64,000 bases of DNA from Ruditapes philippinarum (taxonomy: Eukaryota). Shown piece after piece: positions 1 to 12,600 of this stretch. Under the pieces are notes generated by a model, which made no database searches, was not told the origin of the DNA, and was given only the letters and a program-made list of their open reading frames with translations. The stretch lies in assembly GCF_026571515.1 (NCBI RefSeq), contig NW_026865813.1, positions 124,001 to 188,000 of the forward strand, given 5' to 3'. The position numbers and the translations under genes were made by a program. How positions within the stretch are numbered: the first letter of the stretch is position 1; each line of letters starts with the position of its first letter.

Positions 1-142
1 AAATTTTAAAATGTTTGAGTAATGGACTACATTAAAGTTTTGGCATGATAACGAAAAAGCAGCGATGATAAGAGCTCGACTTTTTCTTCAAAACAGATAA
101 GCTAAAAATAAGCTCCAAGTATGAGCCCTTAAGTAAACTTAC

Positions 143-3100
143 CAGTATATTTGCCATGTTCTCCCAAGAGATGACCACAGAAACATTTGGACATGTCATT
201 CACCCGTTGACAGTCATGTTTGAAATCAGGACATCTCCATCCAATATAAATACCTGCAAAACATACAAGGAAAATTTAAACAAAGAATGTCATGTAGTGC
301 AGGATTTTTCTTGCATGCCTTATAATTTTGCAGTTTGAAAACAAGAAATTTGACTGCTAGTGTAACTAAAATCATTTCATAACAAGAAGAAACAAATATT
401 CTGTCTCATCCGGAATGGATAAATCAATACAAGAGCCTACATTGTTACAGTCACAAGCAGATAGATCTATGGACTTAATATAAAACATGCTTGATAACTT
501 TATGACATGAGTAACTGAGATGTAAATGGCGGGGTTGTATCCAATCTACAAAGTAATTGAATTTGTTCAAGAACATTGCTGTTTTTTTATTTGCAGTTTG
601 GCTTCAAGTCGTACAGTACCAACACTGGTATGGTTATATGAAAACAACAATTTATCAAGCATTTATCCAAATCAATATCTAAGATTTTATCCAAACAAGA
701 GTAAAACCACCAATCTATAACTTTGCTAGATTGCCATGTCACATCAAGTTCAATAAAACTTGAGGTTTTAAACCCCACAGTGTAGAGGGACACATGATTC
801 AAAGTCATCAGGTTAAGCCATATATGCCACTAAAAAGATAATTACCTGTCTGTTGTGCCCTGACAGCTGCTTCTGTTTCTGGATCAAAGAGTTGTTTCAA
901 CCGTGGAGCAAAATCTGGGTTCATAGCACGTGCAAATGATTCCACATCATAGTTTTTGGCCGGTTCAATTTTCCTCATTGTATATCCTGTTACAGACAAA
1001 TAAAATAATTCAGCCGACTCAGAAATTATTCAAAATAATTCAAATACATGTATATTTCTTTTATTTTCTGTGACATAATTGTGTTGTTTCCAAAGTTACA
1101 TTTAAGTTCAAGTATAAATTAATTTTTACATTGATCATGTACTGTTAGGTCACCTAACAACCTCTTTGGTTGTATATAAATGAACAAATGATAAAATCAT
1201 AAATTTTTAATCTGTTCCTTTTGTTTACAAGCATCAAAACTGTAAGTACTTATCTGGATGTGTTTATTAAAATAATAAATTAATGAACCCAACCTTACTA
1301 AAAATCAAGTACATGTACATGTATTCATAAAGTTGTATTGAAAAATTGCATTCAAAACAGAATTAAAACTAATACTCAAAGAACCAATCACATTGCTCTC
1401 AGAAAATATCTACATTATAAATAGATATAAGCAAGGAAAGCAATACATACTTATGCAAATTATAATAAAATTAATGTATCATGTTAACACATGATACTTC
1501 TAAATGCAAAACAAACCCTCAGGTACAAGCATTCCATCCTGTTTTTTCATTGCAATAGGTCCAGGCATACCCTTGGGAACCATAGTTCCAGACCCTCTTG
1601 GGACTACAGCTTTACTTGAGGCAGCTCCAGGTGCTGGCTAAAAATAAACAATCATTACTGGCTAAAATAAACAATCACATTACTGGCTAAAATAAACAAT
1701 CACATTACTGGCTAGAAATAAACAATCATTACTGGCTAAAACTAGAACTGCCACTATCATGGCGTGAATACCCCCGCATACCACTTTGTCAGAATCAACA
1801 GTGGCCATTTAGAACTCAAGGACAACCACCCTGCCAAATCTGAGGTGACTAAGCCAGTGCATTGCTAAGTTATGTATTCTACATGCTTCAAATGTGAAAA
1901 TGTCAAAATCAATACACTCTGGACAGGCATTGGGGAAAAGCTTTATTTTGACAAGGTCCCTGTGACCTTGACCTTTGGCCTGGTGACCTCAAAATCAATA
2001 CGGATCATTTACTAATCATGACTAACCTCCATGCCAAATATAAAGACTGTGGGTCATAGGAACCTTAAGTTTTTGGGCGGACAAGCTTTTTGAAGTCAAG
2101 GCCCCTGTGACCTTGACCTTTGACCTGGTGACCTCAAAATCAATAGGGGTCATCTACTTATCATGACTAACCTCCATGCCAAATATGAAGACTGTGGGTC
2201 AAAGGAATCTTAAGTTATTGGGCGGACAAGCTTTTTGAAGTCAAGGCTCCTGTGACCTTTGACCTGGTGACCTCAAAATCGATAGGGGTCATCTACTTAT
2301 CATGACTAACCTCCATGCCAAATATGAAGACTGTGGGTCAAAGGAATCTTAAGTTATTGGGCGGAAAAGCTTTTTGAAGTCAAGGCCCCTGTGACCTTGA
2401 CCTTTGACCTTGTGACCTCAAAATCAGTAGGGGTCATCTGCTAATCATGACTAACCTCCATGCCAAATATGAAGACTGTGGGTCAAAGGAATCTTAAGTT
2501 ATTGGGCGGACAAACTTTTTGACGTCAAGGCCCCTGTGACCTTGGCCTTTGACCTGGTGACCTCAAAATTGATAGGGGTCATTTGCTTATCATGACTAAC
2601 CTCCATGCCAAATATGAAGACTGTGGGTCAAAGGAATCTTAAGTTATTGGGCGGACAAGCTTTTTGAAGTCAAGGCCCCTGTGACCTTGACCTTTGACCT
2701 GGTGACCTCAAAATCGATAGGGGTCATATACTTATCATGACTAACCTCCATGCCAAATATGAAGACTGTGGGTCAAAGGAATCTTAAGTTATTGGGCGGA
2801 CAAGCTTTTTGAAGTCAAGGCCCCTGTGACCTTGACCTCCATGCCAAATATGAAGACTGTGGGTCAAAGGAATCTTACGTTATTGGGCGGACAAGCTTTT
2901 TGAAGGCAAGGCCCCTGTGACCTTGACCTTTGACCTGGTGACCTCAAAATCAATAGGGGTCATCTACTTATCATGACTAACCTCCATGCCCAATATGAAG
3001 ATTGTGGGTCAAAGGAATCTTAAGTTATTGGGCGGACAAGAAAAAACCGACGGACGCCGGACGGCCAGACGGCCGGACGGACAATCTGATTCCAGTATAC

Positions 3101-3546
3101 CCCCCTTACAACTTTGTTGTGCGGGGGTATAATAAACAATTTTATTTGTACCGTAAATACCATTAAAAAACACTATATTATTTTTCCTTCCGTATATGTA
3201 CTAATTACATACATTGTATTTACTTTGGATACAAAAAGTCAATTAAAATATATTTTCCAAAACTGATTCATTTAAATGACTTTTGTGAACTAAAATTAAG
3301 AACATTGATCAAACTTATTATTTAAACTTCATTTTTTACAACAAATTATATGGTTACAGGGATTTCCTCTGCACAGAATTAAAACATATTAAAAGTTTTT
3401 TTTGTTTTCTTTTTTTCAAAATACAAAAATGTAATCTCTGTCTGTTTATCAATTTAATATAAAAGGTATCTAGACAGTAAGAAGTGCAGAATATTTACCT
3501 TTTTAGAGCCTACAGCCATCTTCCCTGTTGGTTGTTTCTTACTCAT
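143..3546 (-). CDS. FAM221B: FAM221B-like protein (DUF4475 family), 5' part; gene continues beyond position 1
   Basis: Coding exons 3546-3499, 1637-1517, 986-846 and 253-143, all GT-AG and phase-compatible. They give MSKKQPTGKMAVGSKK/PAPGAASSK...MLVPEG/YTMRKIEPAK...LFDPETEAAVRAQQTG/IYIGWRCPDFKHDCQRVNDMSKCFCGHLLGEH. GIYIGWRCP..DC.R....KCFCGHLL.EH is the FAM221B signature as I recall it. Confidence 0.88.
1635..1740 (-). repeat. ~24-bp tandem array (5 copies) containing the FAM221B exon acceptor
   Basis: ctggctaaa(a)ataaacaatca(ca)tta repeated. On the minus strand each unit is ...ttgtttatttTAG|CCAG. Confidence 0.9.
1741..3131 (+). mobile_element. Non-autonomous Helentron/HINE-type element with ~7.5 internal 145-bp repeats
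   Basis: 5' ACTAGA end; subterminal inverted repeat ATACCCCCGCA / TGCGGGGGTAT; 145-bp monomers (gaagactgtggg at 2326, 2471, 2761); GGAC-type microsatellite ~3048-3082; terminal palindrome. Confidence 0.8.
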
Positions 3547-3889
3547 CTTGTTTTTTCGTAATAATTAACCAATTAAGCTGTTAAGTTTTATTGTCGGAAC
3601 TACAAAACATGTATTTTAACTAAACGTTAAAAATCTTCATGACAAGATTTCTACTAAATAATTCATATGTATGTCAATTTTTTTTATCACTGTCCAAAAT
3701 GTTCATTGAACCATATCTGATGAATACAAAATTGTATTGAATGACTCAGTAAGAATAATATGAGCAATATGAAAGTTTTATTTAAAACCAGTAAAAGCTG
3801 CACTTGTTATTTAACTAAATAATTATTTTTTCCCTCTTACATTTCATTTTTATAGTATGATAGGAAAAAAAATTAGCAGTTTTTTTTTT

Positions 3890-4062
3890 CCACAGGTTGG
3901 GGAAGCAGCCCTGCCCTTAATTTTGGGGAAAAATTGCACAGTATATTGGCAAAAGGGGAAGAAAAACGTTGATGTAAATTCAATTTTTGGGGAAAACTGC
4001 ATGAATTTTTCTTTGGGGAAGCAGCCCTATAACAGCCCCAGCTATAGAAGAAAAAAGCCCTG
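3890..4062 (-). mobile_element. Small hAT-like MITE remnant
   Basis: CAGGGCTTTTTT end on the minus strand and repeated ttgggga motifs. Same style as elements at 4113-4877 and 41151-41489. Confidence 0.4.
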
Positions 4063-4277
4063 ATTAGACTAAACTATATATTGTATACATACAGTGATTT
4101 TCACCTTCTTTAACAGAGGCCTATAAAAAGCCTCTTCCCAATGGAAATTTTCTTTAAAAACATGCAATTTTCCCAAAAATCTTGTGCTAGCTTTTTTACT
4201 TCCCGAATTAGCAATTCTAATGATACTTTTTCCCCAAATTAAGAGGCTAAAGCCTCTTCCCAATTAACTTGAATTAA

Positions 4278-4854
4278 CCCTTTACCACATATATACGCGA
4301 AACAACGCACTTTCGACCCCCCCCCCCCCTTTTTTAGGCCTCAAATAGTGAAAAAATGTCCTATTTGGGCCCCCAACATAAGTTTTCGTTTGAGAAATGT
4401 AGCTTTAAAAATTGAGCACTTTTTCGGCGCCGCCCCCCATCCAAAAGATACATCAGGGGGTTGCCAGAAGGGGGATGTGCCAAGAAAATTTTGGACTTGT
4501 GAGAGGCTAAAAATGACCCCAGGTCGATCATAATGTAACGTTAAACCAACGCTGAAAAGCCTTTGACTCTATCTCAATCCCTTGAGCAGTTACAGCACTT
4601 TGAAATAAATTTTGATGGAAAAAATCGAGGCAAAATAGTGATTTTTGGCAATTTTGAGATGTCCCCTCGTTGCCATGGTAACAGGAAATTTAAGACTGAG
4701 CATGTCGTTACAAAGGCAATGGTCCAGTCAACATTGGTGCCAAGTTTGATTAGTTTTGAAGCATTTTTCATAGTTTCATAGCAGTTTGAACTTGTAACAG
4801 GAGGCTTTTCAGTGAAAACGGCCATTTTTCACAATATGCTAATGGGGGAAAGGG
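4278..4854. mobile_element. piggyBac-like MITE nested in an older MITE (~4113-4877)
   Basis: TTAA at 4274-4277 and 4855-4858; termini CCCTTT(A/C)CC...GG(G)GAAAGGG. Confidence 0.75.
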
Positions 4855-5118
4855 TTAAGTGAGAAAAAAATACCGACATAATTTTTATTTTGGACAGTAT
4901 CTCACTAGAAATGTAAGTGTGTACATGTATAATACAAGTTGTATTTCAGTTCACCTGTCAGGTGTCTTCTCTAAGAAGTTATAGTACATTTATGCTTCAT
5001 TTCAAAGTGCTATCCAATCATAAAACATGATACATGTGCACTATTTTTTGATAGCCTTTAAATTATCTCACCCCTTTTTTACTTCAGCTGTTCTTGGCAT
5101 ATTAATAAGAATTTACTT

Positions 5119-6183
5119 AATTGACCTTTTCGAAAACCTAGCTAAACACCGTTTTCCGGTACGTTACGGATTTAGCTCTGGGGAATTAGACCAAATGAAG
5201 TACATAACACAGTTACATGATATTTCTATCATTATTTTACCGTTTAAGGTGAAAAAAATTGATGTATTTGAAAATTATCAATATTCCTTTAATATCTATT
5301 GCAAATTTTTCAAAAAATAAATTGTTTATAATAAAAATCAAAATGAAAATTAAAATCAGTTAACATTTACATGTACATTGAAACTTAGTAGATAGATATT
5401 TTGTTCTTAACGATTAACTGGGTCTGTACAAATCATTTTTTCAAGACTTGTTCTGGGTTTTCAATTCTAAAATATAATCCAAGTATTTCCAGACTGGTTC
5501 TGGACAGGAAGAATTAATTACTGTTCAGAACAAACATCCAAGTGGTTCAAAACTGGTTATGTCACTGTTCCTGCTACTCCACCTCCTTTGCCAGACAGAA
5601 AAAATTGTCCAGTACACTGGGATTGGGTTCTGATTTCTGGACCACAATTCACGAATTCGAAAACCTAGCTAAACGCCGTTTTCCGGTACTTTCTGAACAT
5701 AGCTCTGGGGAATTCACCTAATGGAGTGTAATAGCGAACTCGATGTTTTCGGCCTTTTTTTAAAAATTAAATGGAAATAAAACAGTTATTTCTTTATAAG
5801 AAAATAATTGAATATCATTGTATGAATAATTCAATACAAAAAAAATAAGTACACAAGTTTACGCAGAAAATAACCTTATTTATTATGGAAGATTCCACTA
5901 CGTCAGTTTAAATTTTACTGATTTTCATTATAAACAATTTATTTTTTACAAAAATTTGCAATAGATATTACAGGAATCTCGAACATACGATACGTACATC
6001 CCAGCAGGAATATTGATAATTTTCAAAAACATCAATTTTTTTCACCTTAATCGGTAAAATAACGATAGAAAAATAGAAATATCATGTAACTGTGTTATGT
6101 ACTTCATTTGGTGTAATTCCCCAGAGCTAAATCCGCAACGTACCGGAAAACGGTGTTTAGCTAGGTTTTCGAAAAGGTCAATT
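5119..6183. mobile_element. Foldback/MITE-like element with ~220-bp inverted arms
   Basis: 5119-5340 (aattgaccttttcgaaaacctagctaaacaccgttttccggtacg...) is the reverse complement of ~5919-6183. A third partial arm copy sits at ~5657-5723. Confidence 0.85.
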
Positions 6184-6553
6184 CGTGCAGACCCTGGAGA
6201 TTTATTTCAAAATATCTTTTTGATTGACAACACAATTACCCAGCTTTGTTTTTCGACTAACACTGTTTATCCTTAATACTGTTTTTTTCATGACAGTGCC
6301 TCCAAATCAAAATCTTAATTCAGGAGAATTAAGAGTAGAAGTATAATATTATTTGTAGTTAGCTAATTCGGTACGAATTGATTTAGGGACGAGTTGACTG
6401 CATTAATATAATTTTAATGCCTGACACTTGTTAAGGTCGATTCTAAAACTATTCTCGTTCAAATAATAAAATAGAAAATTAAATAAAAGTTTGCTAGCAT
6501 GATATTTTCTTCTTTTTTTCAATAAAAACTAGAGATCTATCATAACATTTCAC

Positions 6554-6676
6554 CTGCAACTACGCGCAAAGGACCGCCATTTGTAAACAATTATTCGGGA
6601 CGTTCCGGTAATTTACGTTTCGTCCGTAACGCGCACCTGCTACTTGTGCGTCAAAATGGCCACCAATGTTTCCAGG
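6554..6676. promoter_or_regulatory. Compact bidirectional promoter, FAM221B (-) / CCDC112 (+)
   Basis: CpG-rich patch. The minus strand has AAATGGCGG...TTGCAG|GTGAAA (putative non-coding first exon, donor at 6554). The plus strand has AAAATGGCC...AGG|GTAAAT. The two ATGs (6580 and 6656) are ~75 bp apart. TTCCGG (ETS-like) and TGTAAACA (forkhead-like) motifs lie between them. Confidence 0.65.
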
Positions 6677-9600
6677 GTAAATATTTCACATTTTTAAAGA
6701 AAGTAGAAAGTATTGTTACTTTTGACATTGATTTTGTCCTTTGAATAACAAAATAAAATGAAAATTCATGAATGACACTAAAATATAAGTTAGATTAAGT
6801 AATGTTAGAAGCAATTGTCATTTTGTAATATGTTTTCGCGAATATCTTTAGAAAAGTTGGCTATGTATTGTTTTTGAAAACATCCGTAAGAGTGTTAGAT
6901 TGAATTGTTAAACTGGTTTGAACCCCAGACCTCCTAGGCAGACATTCAGCAACCTTGCTAAAGGCCAAAAGGGTTATTCATTTAGACTTAACCCACAGAA
7001 TCTTCTTACACATATAGGTTATTTCCAGGAATCTTGCTGTTGGGTTAACTTTGAGTGTCCATCTTGTAATCAGGTGGGCATGGTTTTAAATCAAGAGTCT
7101 AAGGAATTTTAATTTTTCAGGTTTGTAATTATGGTGACAAGGTCACAAAGCATAATGACAATGCACATTAATAATGAATTACTGCAGGCACCAGAGCTTC
7201 AGACAAGACAATCTGACATGTTTTTTGCATATGTACTCATCTAAAATGATGAAACATGCACCAAAAATCTAGGAACAAGTATAAGAATCTTACACCTGCT
7301 GCCGGTACAGACCGGAATATCTAGCTAGAGGGTAACTGTTTACGGCGGTAACGAGGCTCTGCAGAGTTTCCACTAAACAGTTACCCGAGAGCTAGATTTT
7401 CCGGTTTGTACTGGCAGCCAGTGATTCTTTTTCTTGCATATTGCATATCAATTATTTTCAGAACAGGAAATTACAAAAACTAATATTCTCATTACTCACT
7501 TTTTTCTTATAGTAGCGTATGAACTTACAACTTCATTCATAACTGTAAAATGACGTCATCCTAAGAATGCAATTCATTCATAAAAGGCGCGGCAATGACG
7601 TCATTTAAAACACGCGACTTGTCTTACATGGGGGGTGTAAGACAGGGTTTTCTAGCACCGGTGTTAAAGGTAGATAATCCTGTCTGACATGCAAGAAAAA
7701 TTTATCTTGCCATAGCATATTTATCACCACAATTATCTTTTTTTTTTTTAAATGAAAACATATTTTTGTATCTAAACGCACCAAAAAGGCATGATAGATA
7801 GTTGGCAAAACTATGAGCAGTTAAGAATTTCTGAAGCTAAGAATTTCCATAAGGCAATTCTTTTACATAAAATAAGATCCATGAATTTCCATTGAAAAGT
7901 TTCTGTTTGGAAGCAAATGATACAGTTACAGTTACGGTGATACACATCAGCTATTAAGGGGAGTGGTGGCCTAGTGGTTAAGGTGTCTGCCTCTCAACCC
8001 AGAGATCATGGGTTCGAGCCCTACTCTGGTCAAGACCATGTTTCTTCATATGACACCAGTACTGGTTGGTTCTAGGAAGCAGACTTGAAAGTGATTAATA
8101 TAAGTTACAAGAACTTGTTTTGCAATCAAGCTTAAATAAATATGTTTAAACCATCCATCATTTAATAACTTAAAATCAGTAAAATTAAAAAGTTTTTTGA
8201 TTAACTAGGAATATTTGGTCACATATTTAGAGTTTATAGAAAAAGTAGCACCACCATTCTACCTAGAATCAAATTTTTATCAAGCAATTACATGTATAAT
8301 TGTCATATACATGTTCAGTATGTTTTGCTTTGTTAACTTAATTGCTCAGTTGGATAAATTAGCAGTTTCCAGTGGACCACTATACAGCTCTAGTCACATT
8401 CACTTCTCACTGTGACACATAATATTTCCTTGTTATCATTGTGTAGATTAACTGAGCACAACAATATAAATGCAGTAAGTAATACATTTAACACCTATCT
8501 CATAGTAATGTTTCCACAACTCAACAAGGAATTTTTTCAGGATGAAGAAAAGGAAAGAGCCATTACATCATGGAGAAATAAGACAGAAGCCTCAAAGAAA
8601 GGGGAGCTTCTCAGAGAGATACACAAGCTCAAAGTACAGTAAGTACAGACTGTTTCTGATCATCTTTTTAAGAGTAGCAATAATTTAAATTATAAATTTC
8701 AGAAGTTTCTAAAATGCTTTGTTAACCTAGTACTACATTGTATTTCTTACATCAAAGACTGTTCTTACTACAAATTAGGGAAAAAAACTGGAAAAAAAAC
8801 ATTATATTACTGTTTACAGACTTTGTTTTGTTAATGCTGTTAAATAAATTAATAAATTTAATAAGCTTTTTGTAAAACTAACAATATTAATTCTAATACT
8901 ATTCAACAGAAATGATGCAACTACCAGCAGTTACAGCATGAATGTCTGACTTGCACCTTAATGTTTGCATCTAAGTGACATTATGACAATATTAACTGTA
9001 TTTTATAACTTCTTAGATTTTCAGTATTAGCTCGAATGTCATAATACTATTTTTATGATAGCAGATATTGTAAATTATTTTATTATTTGACTTTGTAGAA
9101 TTTCACATCAGACAGTTAATTCATGATTATATTGACTGTTAATGATTGTTTTAGGATTCAAGCTATGGAGAGAGAGAAGTGTACACATTTATACAGCAAG
9201 CGCAGTGACTTCAGACATGATTATTGTCAGCTCGACGAAATGGAATCCAAAGCTATTGGAGAACGTAAATCAGAACGTGAGTCATCATTGTTTCTTTGTT
9301 TATAATCCAGTTCAAAAACAGCTGTTGTTGATGGTTATATTTTTTATTATTTCAATAATTTAGTACAGAAATTAAAATGCTTTTGTCTACTATGTTTGCT
9401 AATGTATAGTTTATATTGATTAGTTAATTAATCTTTTAATTAGATCAAATTGAATCTGCTGCAGTTTCACAATATCTCTAGGTAAATTTAGAAATAAAAT
9501 GTTGTAACACACATATATACTGGTAGGGACTCAGGAGAGTGATTTAGAGCCAAGACTGACCCTCTTGTTTATTGTAGATATTTTCTTTTTCAGAGATAAA

Positions 9601-12600
9601 ATTGAAACATCAGCTAGAGAAGATAAGTCATATGGTGAAAAGATTCCACAAGGAATTGAGAGACGTCCAACCAACGCCTGAATGTAAGACATAGATAATA
9701 TTGAGTTTTTTTATGGATTGTAAAATAAAGGGATATCATTATTGTTTATACACCATTTCCTAAATAATGAATTACATAAAAAATGGTAAAGTTGAAATAA
9801 AAACTTTTTCAATTTCAAGTTTTAATCATGTTTTAATTGGTATGTTAAAAGAGCATATTTGTAGATTTAATTTAATATGAATGTAGGTAATAGTGTTTCA
9901 AAATTAGTTTCTCTAGAGTCTACATGATTTTGTTTTGAAATGAAAAATTTAGCCACCATGTAAGTAGTGGTTTTATTTGAAAATGACACTGACTAAGTTC
10001 ATATGCATGTTAGTTTTAGGAATGTACATGTGTTGAGTTCTGAAACTATTAATTAATTTATTTACCAGTATTTAAAGTTGAAATATGATAGCATTATTTT
10101 ATTAATTTATTTACAAGTATTTAAAGTTGAAATTGGATCGCATTATTTAAACACCACCAAAATATTGATACCAAATGTTATTGGAAATATTAAAAATGAT
10201 TCCTAAAGTTACTGTAAACACAGCATATAAACAAGTCTACTTTTTGTTTTGTAAAAAGGAAACAAGTTAAAATATATAGGCTCCTAAGAAAGGTACAGTG
10301 ATTGGAAGTAACAGGAGCTAGACATGAAGCATAGATAATTGTATAGGCTTGGAAGACATGGTACAGTGATTTGTTTATCCACTGCAGTAAGTTGACAACG
10401 GTTTTTTCATGTAAAAGATAAAAACACATATTTACAGTATATGTCATATTAAAGTAATATATTTTGATTGTTAGTTGTAGAGAGGTTGAAAGTGATTATG
10501 GAGGAGATAGAAGGAACTATCAATGCATTTAAAGATCAACAAAGAAAGCAGTAAGATCTTTTACAAAATTTTTGTTGTTGGTTTTTTTATGGCTTCTTTC
10601 ATAAGAAATAGTAAATTGGTTATATTACGTTATGCCTAAAATTATTCTCCGTAATAAATGGATTTTTAATTGAACTCATTCATTTCTAGGACAGTTTTAA
10701 ATGACTTTGCTAAAAAATATATGCCATGTTGAGACATTGAGGTTAACTTAGAGTTTAAACAAATCTCTGGATTTATTATTACTGCAGACTTATTATCCTT
10801 GATACAGGTTTTTTCTCAAAGGTTTTTGCTGAGTTTAGATGATTACTCTAATAGATATTCTAAATTAAAAGATTGGGAGGGGGGGGGTGGCAACACATCA
10901 AAATACCAGGTCGGTTTATGTATTTATTATAACTATTGGTTTCGAGAACTATATACCCTTCTTCAGGTTAAATATAAATTCTGTCATACAAAACATGACA
11001 TATTCTACTGATGTTTTACAGTGAATTGATAAAATATCTTTTAATACTACATGTATGTGTCAACTTTGCTACATCTCTCCTGTTTCTACTTTAAAACATT
11101 GATAGTTTGACATATACGTTTTGTATAATGTATTGGTTATATGTAGTGTGATACTTATAATAAAAAGTTATAAAATAAAAAATTCATTTGCTTTTTTCAT
11201 TTCATTGTATTTTTCAATTGAATATAGCATTCTACTGTACATATTATGACTATTATATTAGACCTTCTTGTTTTAAGGTATGAATCTATGTTACTAGAGG
11301 AAAGGACTTCTTGGCTGGAGATTCAAGCTTTAGAAAAAAAGTTTGATTCCTGGTCACAGATAGGGAATGATAGTACACTGACCAAAAGAAACACAAGTGC
11401 TAGTAAACCACTTGCTAGTGCTAGAGATATTACAAAAGATCTGCCACCAGAAGTTGCAGCATTTGAGGTATGTTAATATGATTGGTCTTTTTTTCCAAGT
11501 TATTGTAAATTCGGTTAAAAAAATTACATTCATCAAGGCTAAACACTTGCTGTTTATTTTCTCAGGCAAAAGGCTTGTTTCCACCCCACCCCCATTTTGA
11601 AATGATAAATTTCTAATTTTAATAAGTTTTTAAATAAAAATCAGAAGAAGGAGACATAAGTATTTTTGTAAAAGGCAGAATACCTTTTTGTGGAATTCTA
11701 AAAATCATGAAAATGGGCATAATTAATCTTTGTTATTTAGGTATAACAATACAAAAGTTAAAGTTAACCACTTACAGAATTTAATATTTAAATTATTGGT
11801 ACCAATTTGCATGAATGCCAGAGACTTTACAAGCTTCAATTGTAATGTTTCACTTTGTCTTGACTTTGATTTTAAATCTTAATTGCTATCACCTAAAGTT
11901 GTTTCATCTCTTAATATAACAGATATTTACGAAATTTATTGATGGTTATTGCCAACTTAAGTTAGGTTTGGTTTGAATAGATTACTATATTCACTAATTT
12001 TACGACCTGATTTCAGAAATTTGTGGAGCAAAATGGTGGTGTGCGAGGTGGCTGGGATGAATATGATCATCAAACTTTCCTGAAATTTAGACAGCGCTAT
12101 CAGGTTTGTGAAATAGTTATTTTTGAAATATATAAAGGGCTTCTAGGTTTGTTTAATCATTTCTGAAACACTGAAAGCACTGTCAGGTTGTTCCTTGGTT
12201 TCTAAAAAAATCTTTAAATACTTAATACTATTTATTATTGTAAGGTAAACCTGTTTTCTGTCTATTTATTATTGTAGGGTAACCTTGTTTTCTGTCTATT
12301 ATTGTAGGGTAAACCTGTTTTCTTCCATTTACATTTAAAGATTAAACCTGTCATCAGTCTATTTATTTTTGCAGGGTAAACCTATTTTATTCCATTTATA
12401 ATTAATTGTTAACCTGTTTTCTTTCTATTTATAATTTTAGGGTAAACCTGTTTTCTTGCAACATTTACTGCCAGCATTACCAACAAGGACAGAAGAGGAG
12501 ATAAATTCACATGAAGAATGGTACCAAGAGTATTTGTTCCTGAATGAAACAAAGAAAGAAGCTATTAAAAGATGGCGCGAAAGAAAAGAGGTATGTATGT

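Noticed and set aside
1950-3040. Regular repeats as a CRISPR array
   Set aside because: Head-to-tail satellite monomers with no unique spacers, no cas genes, and a eukaryotic context. The same applies to the 40-bp array at 31174-34199.
7958-8031. Functional tRNA gene
   Set aside because: A/B boxes are present but run into a SINE body and tail, with no proper acceptor stem.
10052-10148. ~49-bp tandem duplication as another acceptor array
   Set aside because: Mid-intron, two copies only, and not at an exon boundary.
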